A stretch of DNA of 64,000 nt from Kiritimatiellia bacterium (GTDB lineage: Bacteria > Verrucomicrobiota > Kiritimatiellia > JAAZAB01): contig JAQUMN010000016.1 of NCBI GenBank assembly GCA_028718125.1, positions 12,041 through 76,040 of the forward strand. Reading direction: 5' to 3'. Within the stretch, counting starts at the first letter, position 1; each line of letters begins with the position of its first letter. The position numbers and the translations under genes are program-made. This document shows positions 28,671-38,424 of the stretch, piece after piece. The notes beneath the pieces were generated by a model, which worked only from the letters and a program-made list of their open reading frames with translations, was not told where the DNA came from and did not search any database.

Positions 28671-28807
28671 TACATTCAGGCAGTTGTCAACATCGATTCA
28701 TCGCCGTGTCAATTCATCGCCGCGCCTGGAGAAAAGAAGCCTTGGCGGCTGCCGGCGGCTGGTTGAGGCGGGGCGACGGAACAGCGGAATTGACTCAGGG
28801 CTGCGTG

Positions 28808-28835
28808 CTCCCGCGAGACCGTTCTTGACGCAACC
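28808..28835 (+). promoter_or_regulatory. conserved upstream motif TCCCGCGAGACCGTTCTTGACGCAACC (copy 1; shared with 52641..52667)
   Basis: 25/27 identical to the sequence upstream of the paralogous kinase gene. Contains TTGACG. Confidence 0.45.
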
Positions 28836-28990
28836 CTGGGAATTGACGCCGCCTTAATATTATACTGGACCGGCCCCTCCGTTACCGGTATTATAACCAA
28901 TGGGGTAAGTGTCATGACAAGGAGCATGAGGATAGAACAAGCGGAGCCGGAAGATGAATAAAACGGTCGGCAGATAAAGGAAGCAGACTA

Positions 28991-31414
28991 ATGTCAAAAG
29001 AGAATAATACCAGAAAATTCCCGGGTAAAATATCGATATCATCAAAGAGTCTGAGCAACCAGCTGTCAATTGCATACGCTTTGATGACGATTTTACCAAT
29101 GATGTCTCTTTCTTATTTCCTGGTCATATATCTGATACCGAGCACTACGACCAGCGAGAACATTTTTCTAGTTTTTTTCTTCAGCCTGATATTGTCGCTG
29201 GCGGGTTATATAATCCTGATTAAAATCACAAAATCGATCCTGGAATTGAAAAATTATGTTGAGAATGTTGCCATGGGCAATCTAAAGCCGCCGGCGCTCC
29301 ATGATAACGCGGCAGAAGTTGATGATATCATAGAACTTGTATCGCGCATTCATCAGAAACTGCAGGATGTAGAGCAAGCACGAGCTCAAATGGAAAAGGC
29401 GGCAATTATTGAAGCAATGCCCGATCCGTTGTTTGTCATAGATCTTGATGGCATCATAATGCGTACAAATCCTGCCCAGGAAAAGGTGTTTGGCAGGAAA
29501 GCGGCAACAATGGTTGGTAAAAGGTTTGATGAACTCCTTCATGCCGTCAGGCCTCTAAATCCGGAGGAGTTTGCGCAGCTCCCGGGCAAGGTAATTGAAA
29601 CCGGAGAAGCCGGACCTGAGGAAATAGTGATTATTACCAGCGATGGCAGAGAAATACCCGCGAGCATAAAATATTCGTTATTGAAGAATGCCGAGGGAAT
29701 GCCCGTGTATATTGTTGCGGTGATGAGGGACATCACTGAGCTCAAGCGCGCGTCGGCGAAAGAAAAGGAGCTTGCCGCAGTAACCGCAGAAGCAATTGTA
29801 GAGAAGAAAAAGGCAGCCGAGCTGGAGAAAACATATAAAGAATTGAAAAGAGCAGACGAAGCATTGCGGGAGAACGAGAAGAACCAGCGGCGGCTCTTGG
29901 AAAGCATGATCAATGCATTCGCTATTTTCGAGTCGGTTTTCGATGATGCCGGCCAATTCATCAGTTGTCGGTTTGTCTTCATTAACGACGCTTATGAGCT
30001 CATCACCGGGGTAAAATACAAGGAGGTAAAAGGCAAGACCATCCATGAGGTATGGCCCAGGACAGAACCGGAATGGATCAATAGGTTAGGCGAGGTCGCT
30101 GTCACGGGCATTTTCCAGACGTTCGATATGTACCACGATCCGACACAAAAATCCTATCATTGCAATGTCTATCGTCCGTGGAATACAAAGGATCGCTTTT
30201 GCGTAATATTCGAAGACATCACCGATATCAAACGCGCGGCGGCGGAGAACGCAAAACTCGAAAACGAGCTTCAACAAGCCCATAAAATGGAATCAGTGGG
30301 CCGATTGGCCGGCGGCGTGGCGCATGACTTCAACAATATCCTGCAGATCATCCTGGGCAATATTGAACTGGCCCTGGCCCGAATGGAGCCGGACGACCCG
30401 CTCCGCGATGATCTTGAGGAGGTTCAAATAGCTGGCCGGCGCGCCGCTGATCTAACTCGTCAGTTGCTTGGCTTCGCCCGCAAGCAGACGATCGCTCCCC
30501 GGACGATGGACCTGAACGCAACCGTGGCAAGTATGCTCAAAATGTTGCGCCGCCTCATGGGCGAGGATATCGAGACGGTGTGGACGCCCGGTGCAGGCCT
30601 GTGGCCAATCAGGATGGACCCGGTCCAGATTGACCAGATTCTGGTCAACTTATGCGCCAACGCGCGCGATGTCATTACCGACACCGGCACGGTGCAAATC
30701 GCGACGGAAAACGTCCGTGTGGATGAACAGCATGCGGCGCGTCATGACGGGGTTGTTCCCGGCGACTATGTATTATTGAAGGTCAGCGACACCGGTTGCG
30801 GCATGGATGCGGAGACGCAAAGCAAAATCTTCGAACCGTTTTTTACGACCAAGCCGCCGGGGAAGGGCGCCGGGTTGGGGCTGGCCACCGTATACGGCAT
30901 CGTCAAGCAGAACCATGGATATATCGGCGTTTACAGCGAACCGGGCATGGGCACGACCTTACACATCTACCTGCCCCGGTACATGGGCAACGAAAAGGCG
31001 CCCGCCGTGGAAAGTCCGGCGAAGCCTCTCACCAGGGGAAGCGGGCTGATATTGCTGGTGGAGGACGATTTGTCCCTGCTGGGTATGTGCAGCCAGATAT
31101 TAACTAAATTAGGCTATGGCGTGCTGGCGGCCGGGACGCCGGATAAGGCCTGTTATCTGGCGGAAGAACATGCCGACGAGATTCGAGTGCTGGTGACCGA
31201 CGTCATCATGCCTGGCATGAACGGACGCGAACTGGCCACGCGGATAAAGACGCGCTATCCACATATCAATTGTCTGTTCATGTCCGGATTTACGGCGGAC
31301 ATCATCGCCCGTCAGGGCCTGCTGAAAAAAAGCGATCATTTCATCCAAAAGCCCTTTTCGATGGGGGATCTGGCCGCCAAAATAAATGAAACGTTGAACG
31401 ACAGTGCCGGCTGA
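28991..31414 (+). CDS. hybrid sensor histidine kinase / response regulator (membrane-anchored N-terminus, PAS domains, HisKA, HATPase_c, REC)
   Basis: RBS AAAGGAAG. H-box VAHDFNNILQ, G-box region, C-terminal REC (VTDVIMPGMNG). Confidence 0.85.
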   Translation: MSKENNTRKFPGKISISSKSLSNQLSIAYALMTILPMMSLSYFLVIYLIPSTTTSENIFLVFFFSLILSLAGYIILIKITKSILELKNYVENVAMGNLKPPALHDNAAEVDDIIELVSRIHQKLQDVEQARAQMEKAAIIEAMPDPLFVIDLDGIIMRTNPAQEKVFGRKAATMVGKRFDELLHAVRPLNPEEFAQLPGKVIETGEAGPEEIVIITSDGREIPASIKYSLLKNAEGMPVYIVAVMRDITELKRASAKEKELAAVTAEAIVEKKKAAELEKTYKELKRADEALRENEKNQRRLLESMINAFAIFESVFDDAGQFISCRFVFINDAYELITGVKYKEVKGKTIHEVWPRTEPEWINRLGEVAVTGIFQTFDMYHDPTQKSYHCNVYRPWNTKDRFCVIFEDITDIKRAAAENAKLENELQQAHKMESVGRLAGGVAHDFNNILQIILGNIELALARMEPDDPLRDDLEEVQIAGRRAADLTRQLLGFARKQTIAPRTMDLNATVASMLKMLRRLMGEDIETVWTPGAGLWPIRMDPVQIDQILVNLCANARDVITDTGTVQIATENVRVDEQHAARHDGVVPGDYVLLKVSDTGCGMDAETQSKIFEPFFTTKPPGKGAGLGLATVYGIVKQNHGYIGVYSEPGMGTTLHIYLPRYMGNEKAPAVESPAKPLTRGSGLILLVEDDLSLLGMCSQILTKLGYGVLAAGTPDKACYLAEEHADEIRVLVTDVIMPGMNGRELATRIKTRYPHINCLFMSGFTADIIARQGLLKKSDHFIQKPFSMGDLAAKINETLNDSAG
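30371..30990. repeat. near-identical (~97%) 620-bp segment, copy 1 (kinase core of hybrid HK)
   Basis: Nucleotide-level comparison with 53820..54439 shows about 19 differences in about 620 nt. Confidence 0.85.
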
Positions 31415-31561
31415 ATACATTCCATATATCCGGCGCATGCAGATTGCCCGATATCCGGGGCAGACGGCGGGTCGCCTCAAGACATTAATGCGAACTCTAC
31501 GGCACAGGTAAACCCTGTGTGGTCTGACATACCAAAGCCAATCGGATCTTCTTCCGGAGAT

Positions 31562-32722
31562 TTACCAGTTGGCGTTGAGAATGGGCATCACCGGCGTGAT
31601 GTTGTTGAGGGCCAGGTTGAGTATGCCGAACTGGATGCCGTCAAGCTCCTGGCAGAAATTAACTATGCCGAATTGAAAACCGGTAAGTTTGCCGGTCATG
31701 TTGACGCCTGACCATTGCACCCCGTCTGTATTCCTTGCATAGTTCACGCCCAGCAGCGGCAAAACAATCTGAGCGCCGCTGACGTCGCCCATGGCAAGAT
31801 TGACGCCGATCAGGCCCGCGACTTGCGCCCCGCTGACGTTGTTCAAGACAAAGTCTGCGCCGATGACGCTGAATTGACCTCCGGCCACCTGGTCGAGCGT
31901 GACATTCAAGCCGGCGCCCATTATCTGGGCATCGGCCGATCCCGCCACCCAGTTCGCGCCGGCGACCCCGAGCTGGGCCCCTTGTGCATTGCCGTTGACA
32001 TAGTTGGCGCCAAAGCCGCAGATTTGCTTGTCGGCGACATCCAGGGAAGCGTTTGCGCCCGCGGCCACAAATTGCCCGGCATTAATGGCGCCCAATGACA
32101 GGTTAAGCCCGGCGCCCAGAATCTGCAGGTCGGCATCACTACCGGCGAAATTCAAGCCGGCCGCGACTATCTGGCCGCCATTGGCTTTTTCGGTGGCCCA
32201 GTTGGCGCCTATTCCGGAAATCTGGTTGTCGGAATCAGCGCCGGTAAAATTGAGACCAATACCATTGAACTGGCCGCCATCGTGCTTGCCCATCGTCATA
32301 TTGATCCCGGCCAGGGTCAGTTGCCATCCGCCGGCCTGGGCGCCGACGTAGTTCAAGCCAACGGGCGCCAGCTGCACCCCCTGGCCATTTTCTAAAATTA
32401 CGTTGCCAAGACTGAGCTGAAATGACTGGGCCTGGCTTTCAACGATATTGACGATGCCTAATTGGGCGCCCTTCAGGTTGCCCATCAGGTCGTTAATCAC
32501 CCCGATGTCCATGCCGGTCAAGTCGTTGTTAAGTCCATAGATCAGGTTGATGCGCAACCCGTGGATGGAACATTCGGCGTCCTGAATCTGGATCGGGGTC
32601 ACAAGGGACAACTGGAAATTTGAGACGTTATTGTTCGGGGTGGACGCGGCATCCTGGGCGCCGCATGCCATTGCCCATGCCAACGCCAGTAAGCTGACTG
32701 CGGCTGCGACGATTCGGTTCAT
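31562..32722 (-). CDS. secreted tandem-repeat protein (about 18 imperfect 16-18-aa G/A/N/Q-rich repeats; beta-solenoid-like)
   Basis: Signal peptide MNRIVAAAVSLLALAWAMA. Repeating Q(L/F/I)xx(A/I)G(L/A)N(F/W/Y)xxGxxAxxG units. Confidence 0.5.
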   Translation of the reverse strand: MNRIVAAAVSLLALAWAMACGAQDAASTPNNNVSNFQLSLVTPIQIQDAECSIHGLRINLIYGLNNDLTGMDIGVINDLMGNLKGAQLGIVNIVESQAQSFQLSLGNVILENGQGVQLAPVGLNYVGAQAGGWQLTLAGINMTMGKHDGGQFNGIGLNFTGADSDNQISGIGANWATEKANGGQIVAAGLNFAGSDADLQILGAGLNLSLGAINAGQFVAAGANASLDVADKQICGFGANYVNGNAQGAQLGVAGANWVAGSADAQIMGAGLNVTLDQVAGGQFSVIGADFVLNNVSGAQVAGLIGVNLAMGDVSGAQIVLPLLGVNYARNTDGVQWSGVNMTGKLTGFQFGIVNFCQELDGIQFGILNLALNNITPVMPILNANW

Positions 32723-32939
32723 TGCATTCTCCCGGTTGATTGTTAACCGCATTATAACATTATTGAAACGCTCAGGCTTAGTTGATTTCTACAATTTCCG
32801 CAAAATAAATGCAACCATCATTTATACACAGCCGTGCTTTGATGCGCTCCCGCGGAGAATGCCGCTTGGCAAATGGAGTGGCTTTGCGATAATATATCCG
32901 TGTTCTGTTGAGCACACCATTTGAAATGAGGGGCAGTGC

Positions 32940-35249
32940 ATGAAAGCTGAAGCAACAACAGGGGTGCCGGAAATAGACCGGCTGGCTGGCGGAATAATTC
33001 CCGGCGACAATATTGTCTGGGAAGTTGATTCAGGCGTGCCGGTCGAACGCTTTGTGGTCAGTTTTCTCGCCGCCTGTGCGCACGAAAAATCTTTGGTCAT
33101 CTACGTCAGCTTCAATTCATCCCCGCAGACGATAACGAACAAATACGCATCCCTGTTGCCGAAAGGGGACTTTGTGTTGGTGGATTGTTTTTCTTCGGGT
33201 AAGGGAAACAACGACAGGGTATTTTTAGATTTTTTCAAGACAACCGAAAGCAACACGCCCAATGCGACCGTTCATCTGGAGAACCCCTCTGATCCCGGCA
33301 AGCTCGAACAATTGTTGATCAAACTTGGAACCCATGGTCAAAGGAGAGTGCGGTATATATTTGACAGTCTCACGGGCATGTTGGATCTGTGGGGTGATGA
33401 GGAAAGCGTTGTAAGATTGTTTGGGCACATTTGCCCGAGACTTTATGATCTTAACACGATTGCCTGCTGGATATTGGAGAAGGGGGCCCACTCCCCTTCG
33501 TTTTTGGCCAAGATCCGGCATATCACCCAGGTTGTATTCGATGTTGCGGTTTCGCGCGGTGTTCACACTCTGACGATCAGGAAAGCAAGCAATCGCCGCT
33601 GTGAGTATGTCGGCATTCCCCAGCAATTAATTCTGCAAGACGGGACAATCAGCGTGGCCGTCGAGACGCGGGAAGGGCGTGAATTGGGGCTGCTGACCAG
33701 AATGGGCGAGGTGTTGGGCAGCGCCCTTGATCCGAACTCGTTTTTCGAGCAAACCATGAAAGCTTTGGCCAACGAGCTTGGCATGGTTCGGGGAACCATC
33801 GTCCTTCTGGATAAAACCTGCAATAGATTAAAGATTGTTGCCGCCCATGGTCTTTCGGACGAGGAACAGTCCCGGGGACAATACGCAATTGGCGAGGGAA
33901 TAACAGGACAGGTTGTAAAAACCGGGGTTGCGGAAATAATTCCTGACATCGGCAAGAACGGGCGTTTCCTTAACCGGACGATTGCCCGTAAAAACGACAT
34001 TGCCGGCCCAATCGCTTTTATTTGTGTTCCCTTGAAAGTCGATGATGAAATCGTCGGCGCCTTGAGCGTAGATCGTCCTTTTGCCTTTGACAGTGCGCTT
34101 CAAAAAGACCTGAGAATGCTTTCGATCGTGGCCACCATCGTTTCCCAGGTCCTGAAAATCAACTCCCTGATCCGGGTGGAAAAAGAAGAAATTCTGGACC
34201 GCGATCAGGGTCGGCTTCGGGAACTTCGCAGCCGCTATCGCCTTGATAATGTGATCGGCGAGAGCGAAGCCATCCGGAAGGTTATGGCTATGGCGGCCAC
34301 GGCGGCAAAATCGCGAGCCTCTATCCTTGTTACCGGCGAAACCGGAACGGGCAAGGAACTGGTTGCCAAGGTGGTTCATTATAACAGCGCCCGAACCTCG
34401 GGTCCCTTGATCAAGGTCAATTGCGGAGCGCTTCCGGAGGACTTGCTGGAATCCGAACTCTTTGGGCATGTCAAGGGGGCGTTCACGGGAGCCTTGCATG
34501 ACAGGAAGGGACGCTTCGAAATGGCCGATGGCGGCACTCTCTTCCTGGATGAAATCGGAGAAATGAGTCCGCGGCTTCAGGTTAAACTGTTGCGCGTTCT
34601 TCAGGAGCGGGAATTCGAACCGGTCGGCAGTCCGAGGACGGTTGCGGTTAACGTGCGCGTGGTTACGGCAACCAGCAAGGATCTCAGGGAAGAAGTGCGC
34701 AAGGGTCGTTTTCGGGAGGATCTCTATTATCGCCTGAATGTGATTCCAATCCACCTGCCGCCCCTGCGTGAGCGCCGGGAGGATATTCCCTTGCTGATTA
34801 ACCATTTCCTGGAAATATTCAATCGGGAAAACCACAAGAATGTTCGGAAGTTGTCCCGGAAAGTGCTCGATATCCTTCTCGACTATCCGTGGCCCGGCAA
34901 TGTGCGCGAGTTGGAGAATTGCATGGAACGCGTGGTGGTGATGATCGAGGGGGATGCTTTATCCGCCGATTTATTGCCGTCGGAAATCCTCGATCATGAT
35001 CGCCAGGGATCTCTCAAGCGCAAGCAACCGTCTTCCGCGGATATACTGGACATCCGGGCGGCGGCCGAACGGCTCTGCGCCGGAACGAACGATCTGGCAT
35101 CCGCCAGGATCCTTCTGCTGCAAACGATGGAAGAGGTCGTGATTCGCCATGGTCTTCTTAAAAAAGCCAGCCAACGCGATCTTGCCAACAAGCTGGGCAT
35201 AAGCAGGATGACGCTACGCAAGAAATTGCAGTCATACGACCTGAAGTGA
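32940..35249 (+). CDS. sigma-54-dependent transcriptional regulator with N-terminal degenerate KaiC/RecA-like domain and GAF domain
   Basis: AAA+ sigma-54 activator core (GETGTGKE ... GAFTGA ... ESELFGH) and C-terminal HTH. The N-terminal ~260 aa has KaiC-like order ([15 protein letters not shown] ... FDSLTGML) but no GxxxxGKT. Confidence 0.8.
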   Translation: MKAEATTGVPEIDRLAGGIIPGDNIVWEVDSGVPVERFVVSFLAACAHEKSLVIYVSFNSSPQTITNKYASLLPKGDFVLVDCFSSGKGNNDRVFLDFFKTTESNTPNATVHLENPSDPGKLEQLLIKLGTHGQRRVRYIFDSLTGMLDLWGDEESVVRLFGHICPRLYDLNTIACWILEKGAHSPSFLAKIRHITQVVFDVAVSRGVHTLTIRKASNRRCEYVGIPQQLILQDGTISVAVETREGRELGLLTRMGEVLGSALDPNSFFEQTMKALANELGMVRGTIVLLDKTCNRLKIVAAHGLSDEEQSRGQYAIGEGITGQVVKTGVAEIIPDIGKNGRFLNRTIARKNDIAGPIAFICVPLKVDDEIVGALSVDRPFAFDSALQKDLRMLSIVATIVSQVLKINSLIRVEKEEILDRDQGRLRELRSRYRLDNVIGESEAIRKVMAMAATAAKSRASILVTGETGTGKELVAKVVHYNSARTSGPLIKVNCGALPEDLLESELFGHVKGAFTGALHDRKGRFEMADGGTLFLDEIGEMSPRLQVKLLRVLQEREFEPVGSPRTVAVNVRVVTATSKDLREEVRKGRFREDLYYRLNVIPIHLPPLRERREDIPLLINHFLEIFNRENHKNVRKLSRKVLDILLDYPWPGNVRELENCMERVVVMIEGDALSADLLPSEILDHDRQGSLKRKQPSSADILDIRAAAERLCAGTNDLASARILLLQTMEEVVIRHGLLKKASQRDLANKLGISRMTLRKKLQSYDLK

Positions 35250-35307
35250 AGCGCCTCGCCATTACCGCGCCGCCGTTCTCTTTTCCACGTTCTCCCCCGG
35301 CTGTTTT

Positions 35308-35393
35308 TTGCCGGTGGCAATTCGATAGCCCCAGGTCTAATTATTAGACCACGCCTTGTCCTGGTTGCCGGCCAGGCCAAAGCAAGCCGGCAA
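35308..35393. promoter_or_regulatory. candidate enhancer (UAS) palindromes upstream of sigma-54 promoter
   Basis: TTGCCGGTGGCAA (35308-35320), GTCTAATTATTAGAC (35335-35349), TTGCCGGC-N13-GCCGGCAA (35365-35393). Confidence 0.4.
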
Positions 35394-35465
35394 TTGCGTA
35401 GCATCTTTATCCTCACCGGCTTACATCATTTAGCGCACGGCTTATCCTGGCATGATCCGCTCTGT

Positions 35466-35481
35466 TGGCACGAATCGTGCT
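35466..35481 (+). promoter_or_regulatory. sigma-54 (-24/-12) promoter of glnN
   Basis: TGGCACG-AATC-GTGCT with GG-N10-GC spacing. About 60 bp upstream of ATG 35542. Confidence 0.65.
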
Positions 35482-35541
35482 ATTTTATTTAGCCCGTCGG
35501 GGGGAGGCGGTCATTGCCGACATATAAAAGGAACGAATGCG

Positions 35542-37668
35542 ATGGATACCAATAGCTACGACGACTTGAAAAACATTGTCCCGGAACTGTATGGCGCGGA
35601 CGTTTTCAGCGATGCCGTCATGCGCGAGCGTCTGCCGAAGTCCGTATACAGGAAACTACGCGCCACTATCGAGGACGGGACGGCTATGGATGCTTCCATT
35701 GCCGACGTGATTGCCACAGCCATGAAAGATTGGGCGCTCGAGAAGGGCGCCACGCATTTCTCGCACTGGTTCCAGCCAATGACCGGGAGTACAGCCGAGA
35801 AACATGATGCGTTCATTGCGCCCAGGAATGACGGCACGACCATCATGGAATTCAGCGGGAAGGAATTAATCAAGGGCGAACCGGATGCTTCGAGTTTCCC
35901 ATCCGGCGGCTTGCGCGCTACTTTCGAAGCCCGCGGTTACACGGCCTGGGATTGTACAAGTCCTGTGTTTGTGAAGAAAGACGGGGAAAACACTGCGCTT
36001 TTCATCCCCTGCGCGTTCTGCTCCTACACGGGCGAGGCCTTGGACGCCAAGACGCCCCTGCTCAGGTCGATGGAGGTGCTGAACCGGCAGGCGGTGCGGG
36101 TGTTGCGGGCGCTGGGCAATACGACAAGCAAGCGTGTAACGGCCACGCTCGGCGCGGAACAGGAATACTTCCTGGTGGATCGTCGTTTTGTGGAACGCCG
36201 GCTCGATCTGATGCTGACCGGCAGAAGCCTGTTCGGTGCGCCAAGCCCGAAAGGCCAGGAGATGGAAGACCAGTATTTCGGAACGCTGCACGATCGCATA
36301 GGGTCGTTCATGGCTGATTTGAACAAGCAGCTCTGGAAACTCGGCGTTTCCGCAAAGACCCAGCACAATGAAGTCGCGCCGGGCCAGTATGAAATCGCTC
36401 CGATCTTCGGGACGGTAAACGTCGCCACGGACTGGAACCAGTTGACGATGGAGACGCTTGAGGATGTGGCGCTGCGGCATGGTTTTGTGTGCCTGCTGCA
36501 TGAGAAACCCTTTGCGGGCGTGAATGGCTCCGGCAAGCACAATAATTGGTCCATGGCAACCGATGACGGGCTGAACCTGCTGGAGCCGGGGTTGATGCCG
36601 CACGAGAACATGGTGTTCCTGGTTTGCCTCTGTGCGGTGATCCAGGCGGTGTCCAGGTACAGCAAACTTCTGAGGGCGACGGTAGCTACGCCGGGTAACG
36701 ATTACCGGCTCGGCGCCAATGAAGCGCCGCCCGCGATCGTCTCCGTCTTCCTTGGCGAGCAGCTTAGCGGCATCTTCGAACAACTTGCCGGGGGCGAGGC
36801 CAAAGGCAGGGGCCCGGACATTAAGGACATCTTCCTGGGCGCGTCGACGCTTCCCAAGCTGCCCAAGGATATGACCGATCGCAATCGGACGTCGCCTTTC
36901 GCGTTCACCGGTAACAAGTTCGAATTCCGGATGCTTGGCTCATCCCAGTCCCCGGCGATGGCAAATTCTGTGTTGAACACGATCGTAGCCGAGTCCTTGC
37001 GCGAGATGGCGGATGCGCTGGAGAAGTCGCGCGATGTTGCGGCCACGGCGCGGGAGTTGTGCGTGGCCATTGCCAAGGCCCACCGCAAGGTGATTTTCAA
37101 CGGCAACGGCTATTCTGCGGAGTGGCAAAGGGAGGCCGCCAAACGCGGCCTGCCGAACATAAAGAACTGCGTGGACAGCATCCTGGCGTTGCGCGAAAAG
37201 GAGAACGGCGACGTGCTCGCGAAACACGGCATCCTGAGCAAGGCTGAGCTGCATTCGCGCGTGGACATAATGTTGGATCATTATATCAAGACCCTCAATA
37301 TCGAGGCCCGAACCTGCCTGCACATGGCAAAGCGGCAGATCATCCCGACTGTGGTCGCTTTCAGCGGGCAGGTGGCTGGTGTCGTGCTGGCGCTCAAGGC
37401 GGCGGGCGCCAAGAATGGAGTTGCGGCCAGCCTTCTTAAAAAAGCGACCGCGCTGGCGGACAAACTGGACAAGGATGTGGCTGCGCTCGAACAGAAGCTG
37501 GAAAGTGCCGGCGGCGAGGAGAACCTGGAAAAGCAAGCCAAGGTGTTTCGCGACCAGGTTCTAAGCGGCATGAATGCCGTGCGCGAATCGGCGGATGCGC
37601 TCGAATCAATTGTCGATAGCTCGCTCTGGCCGTTGCCTTCATACGCTGAAATGCTGTTCTACCGCTGA
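35542..37668 (+). CDS. glnN: glutamine synthetase type III
   Basis: About 709 aa. GSIII-specific N-terminal region and catalytic core. Confidence 0.85.
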   Translation: MDTNSYDDLKNIVPELYGADVFSDAVMRERLPKSVYRKLRATIEDGTAMDASIADVIATAMKDWALEKGATHFSHWFQPMTGSTAEKHDAFIAPRNDGTTIMEFSGKELIKGEPDASSFPSGGLRATFEARGYTAWDCTSPVFVKKDGENTALFIPCAFCSYTGEALDAKTPLLRSMEVLNRQAVRVLRALGNTTSKRVTATLGAEQEYFLVDRRFVERRLDLMLTGRSLFGAPSPKGQEMEDQYFGTLHDRIGSFMADLNKQLWKLGVSAKTQHNEVAPGQYEIAPIFGTVNVATDWNQLTMETLEDVALRHGFVCLLHEKPFAGVNGSGKHNNWSMATDDGLNLLEPGLMPHENMVFLVCLCAVIQAVSRYSKLLRATVATPGNDYRLGANEAPPAIVSVFLGEQLSGIFEQLAGGEAKGRGPDIKDIFLGASTLPKLPKDMTDRNRTSPFAFTGNKFEFRMLGSSQSPAMANSVLNTIVAESLREMADALEKSRDVAATARELCVAIAKAHRKVIFNGNGYSAEWQREAAKRGLPNIKNCVDSILALREKENGDVLAKHGILSKAELHSRVDIMLDHYIKTLNIEARTCLHMAKRQIIPTVVAFSGQVAGVVLALKAAGAKNGVAASLLKKATALADKLDKDVAALEQKLESAGGEENLEKQAKVFRDQVLSGMNAVRESADALESIVDSSLWPLPSYAEMLFYR

Positions 37669-37684
37669 CATCGGTGAGGACTCT

Positions 37685-38410
37685 ATGATTGCCCTGGAGG
37701 ACAAAATATCAAAGTGGATTGCCCAGAACGTCCATGATGCGGGCGCCAAGGGAGCTGTGGTAGGGCTCAGCGGCGGCATAGACTCTGCGGTCACCGTTAC
37801 GCTTTGTGAAAAAGCGCTGGGGGCCAATGTGCTGGGCGTCAACATGCCGTGCGAGTCCGATCCTAATGAGAAAGAGGACGCCATGTTGATCACAACAAAA
37901 CTGGGGGTCATGACACTAACGGTGAGGCTTGACGAAACATATCAGGCGCTTATTGCCGGATTATCCGATGGTACGCGAATGGCAACTGCCAATTTAAAGG
38001 CCAGACTCCGGATGGCCATCTTGTACTTCCTGGCGAACACGCTCTCATATCTTGTCGTTGGCACAGGCAACAAGACGGAACTGATGGTGGGCTATTTTAC
38101 AAAATATGGAGATGGGGGCGTCGACATTCTTCCGCTGGGCGGTCTTTACAAGACTCAGGTTTGGGAACTTGCCCGTGCGCTCAAAATACCCGATAAAATC
38201 ATCAATACGACTCCTTCAGCCGGATTATGGCCCGGCCAGCGTGATGAGGAAGAATTAGGCATTTCATACGCCGAACTTGATTGTACCCTTCAGGCCGTTA
38301 ACGCTCGATGCCCCCGTAGTATTCCACAGGAAAATATCCGGCGGGTCTGGCAAATGGTCGAATCTTCGGCTCACAAACGTCGGCCGGCGCCCGTTTTCGA
38401 AATTTGCTGA
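37685..38410 (+). CDS. nadE: NH3-dependent NAD+ synthetase
   Basis: PP-loop SGGIDS; about 241 aa with no glutaminase domain. Confidence 0.85.
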   Translation: MIALEDKISKWIAQNVHDAGAKGAVVGLSGGIDSAVTVTLCEKALGANVLGVNMPCESDPNEKEDAMLITTKLGVMTLTVRLDETYQALIAGLSDGTRMATANLKARLRMAILYFLANTLSYLVVGTGNKTELMVGYFTKYGDGGVDILPLGGLYKTQVWELARALKIPDKIINTTPSAGLWPGQRDEEELGISYAELDCTLQAVNARCPRSIPQENIRRVWQMVESSAHKRRPAPVFEIC

Positions 38411-38424
38411 GAGGAAAGTGGCCA

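Noticed and set aside
28695-28722. Short direct repeats (GATTCATCGCCG x2; CTTTTTCCACTGG x2; CGTGAAAAGTCT x2) checked as possible CRISPR arrays
   Set aside because: There are only two units each with 14-16-nt periods, no spacer-like unique inserts and no cas genes. They are better explained as operator-like tandem sites.
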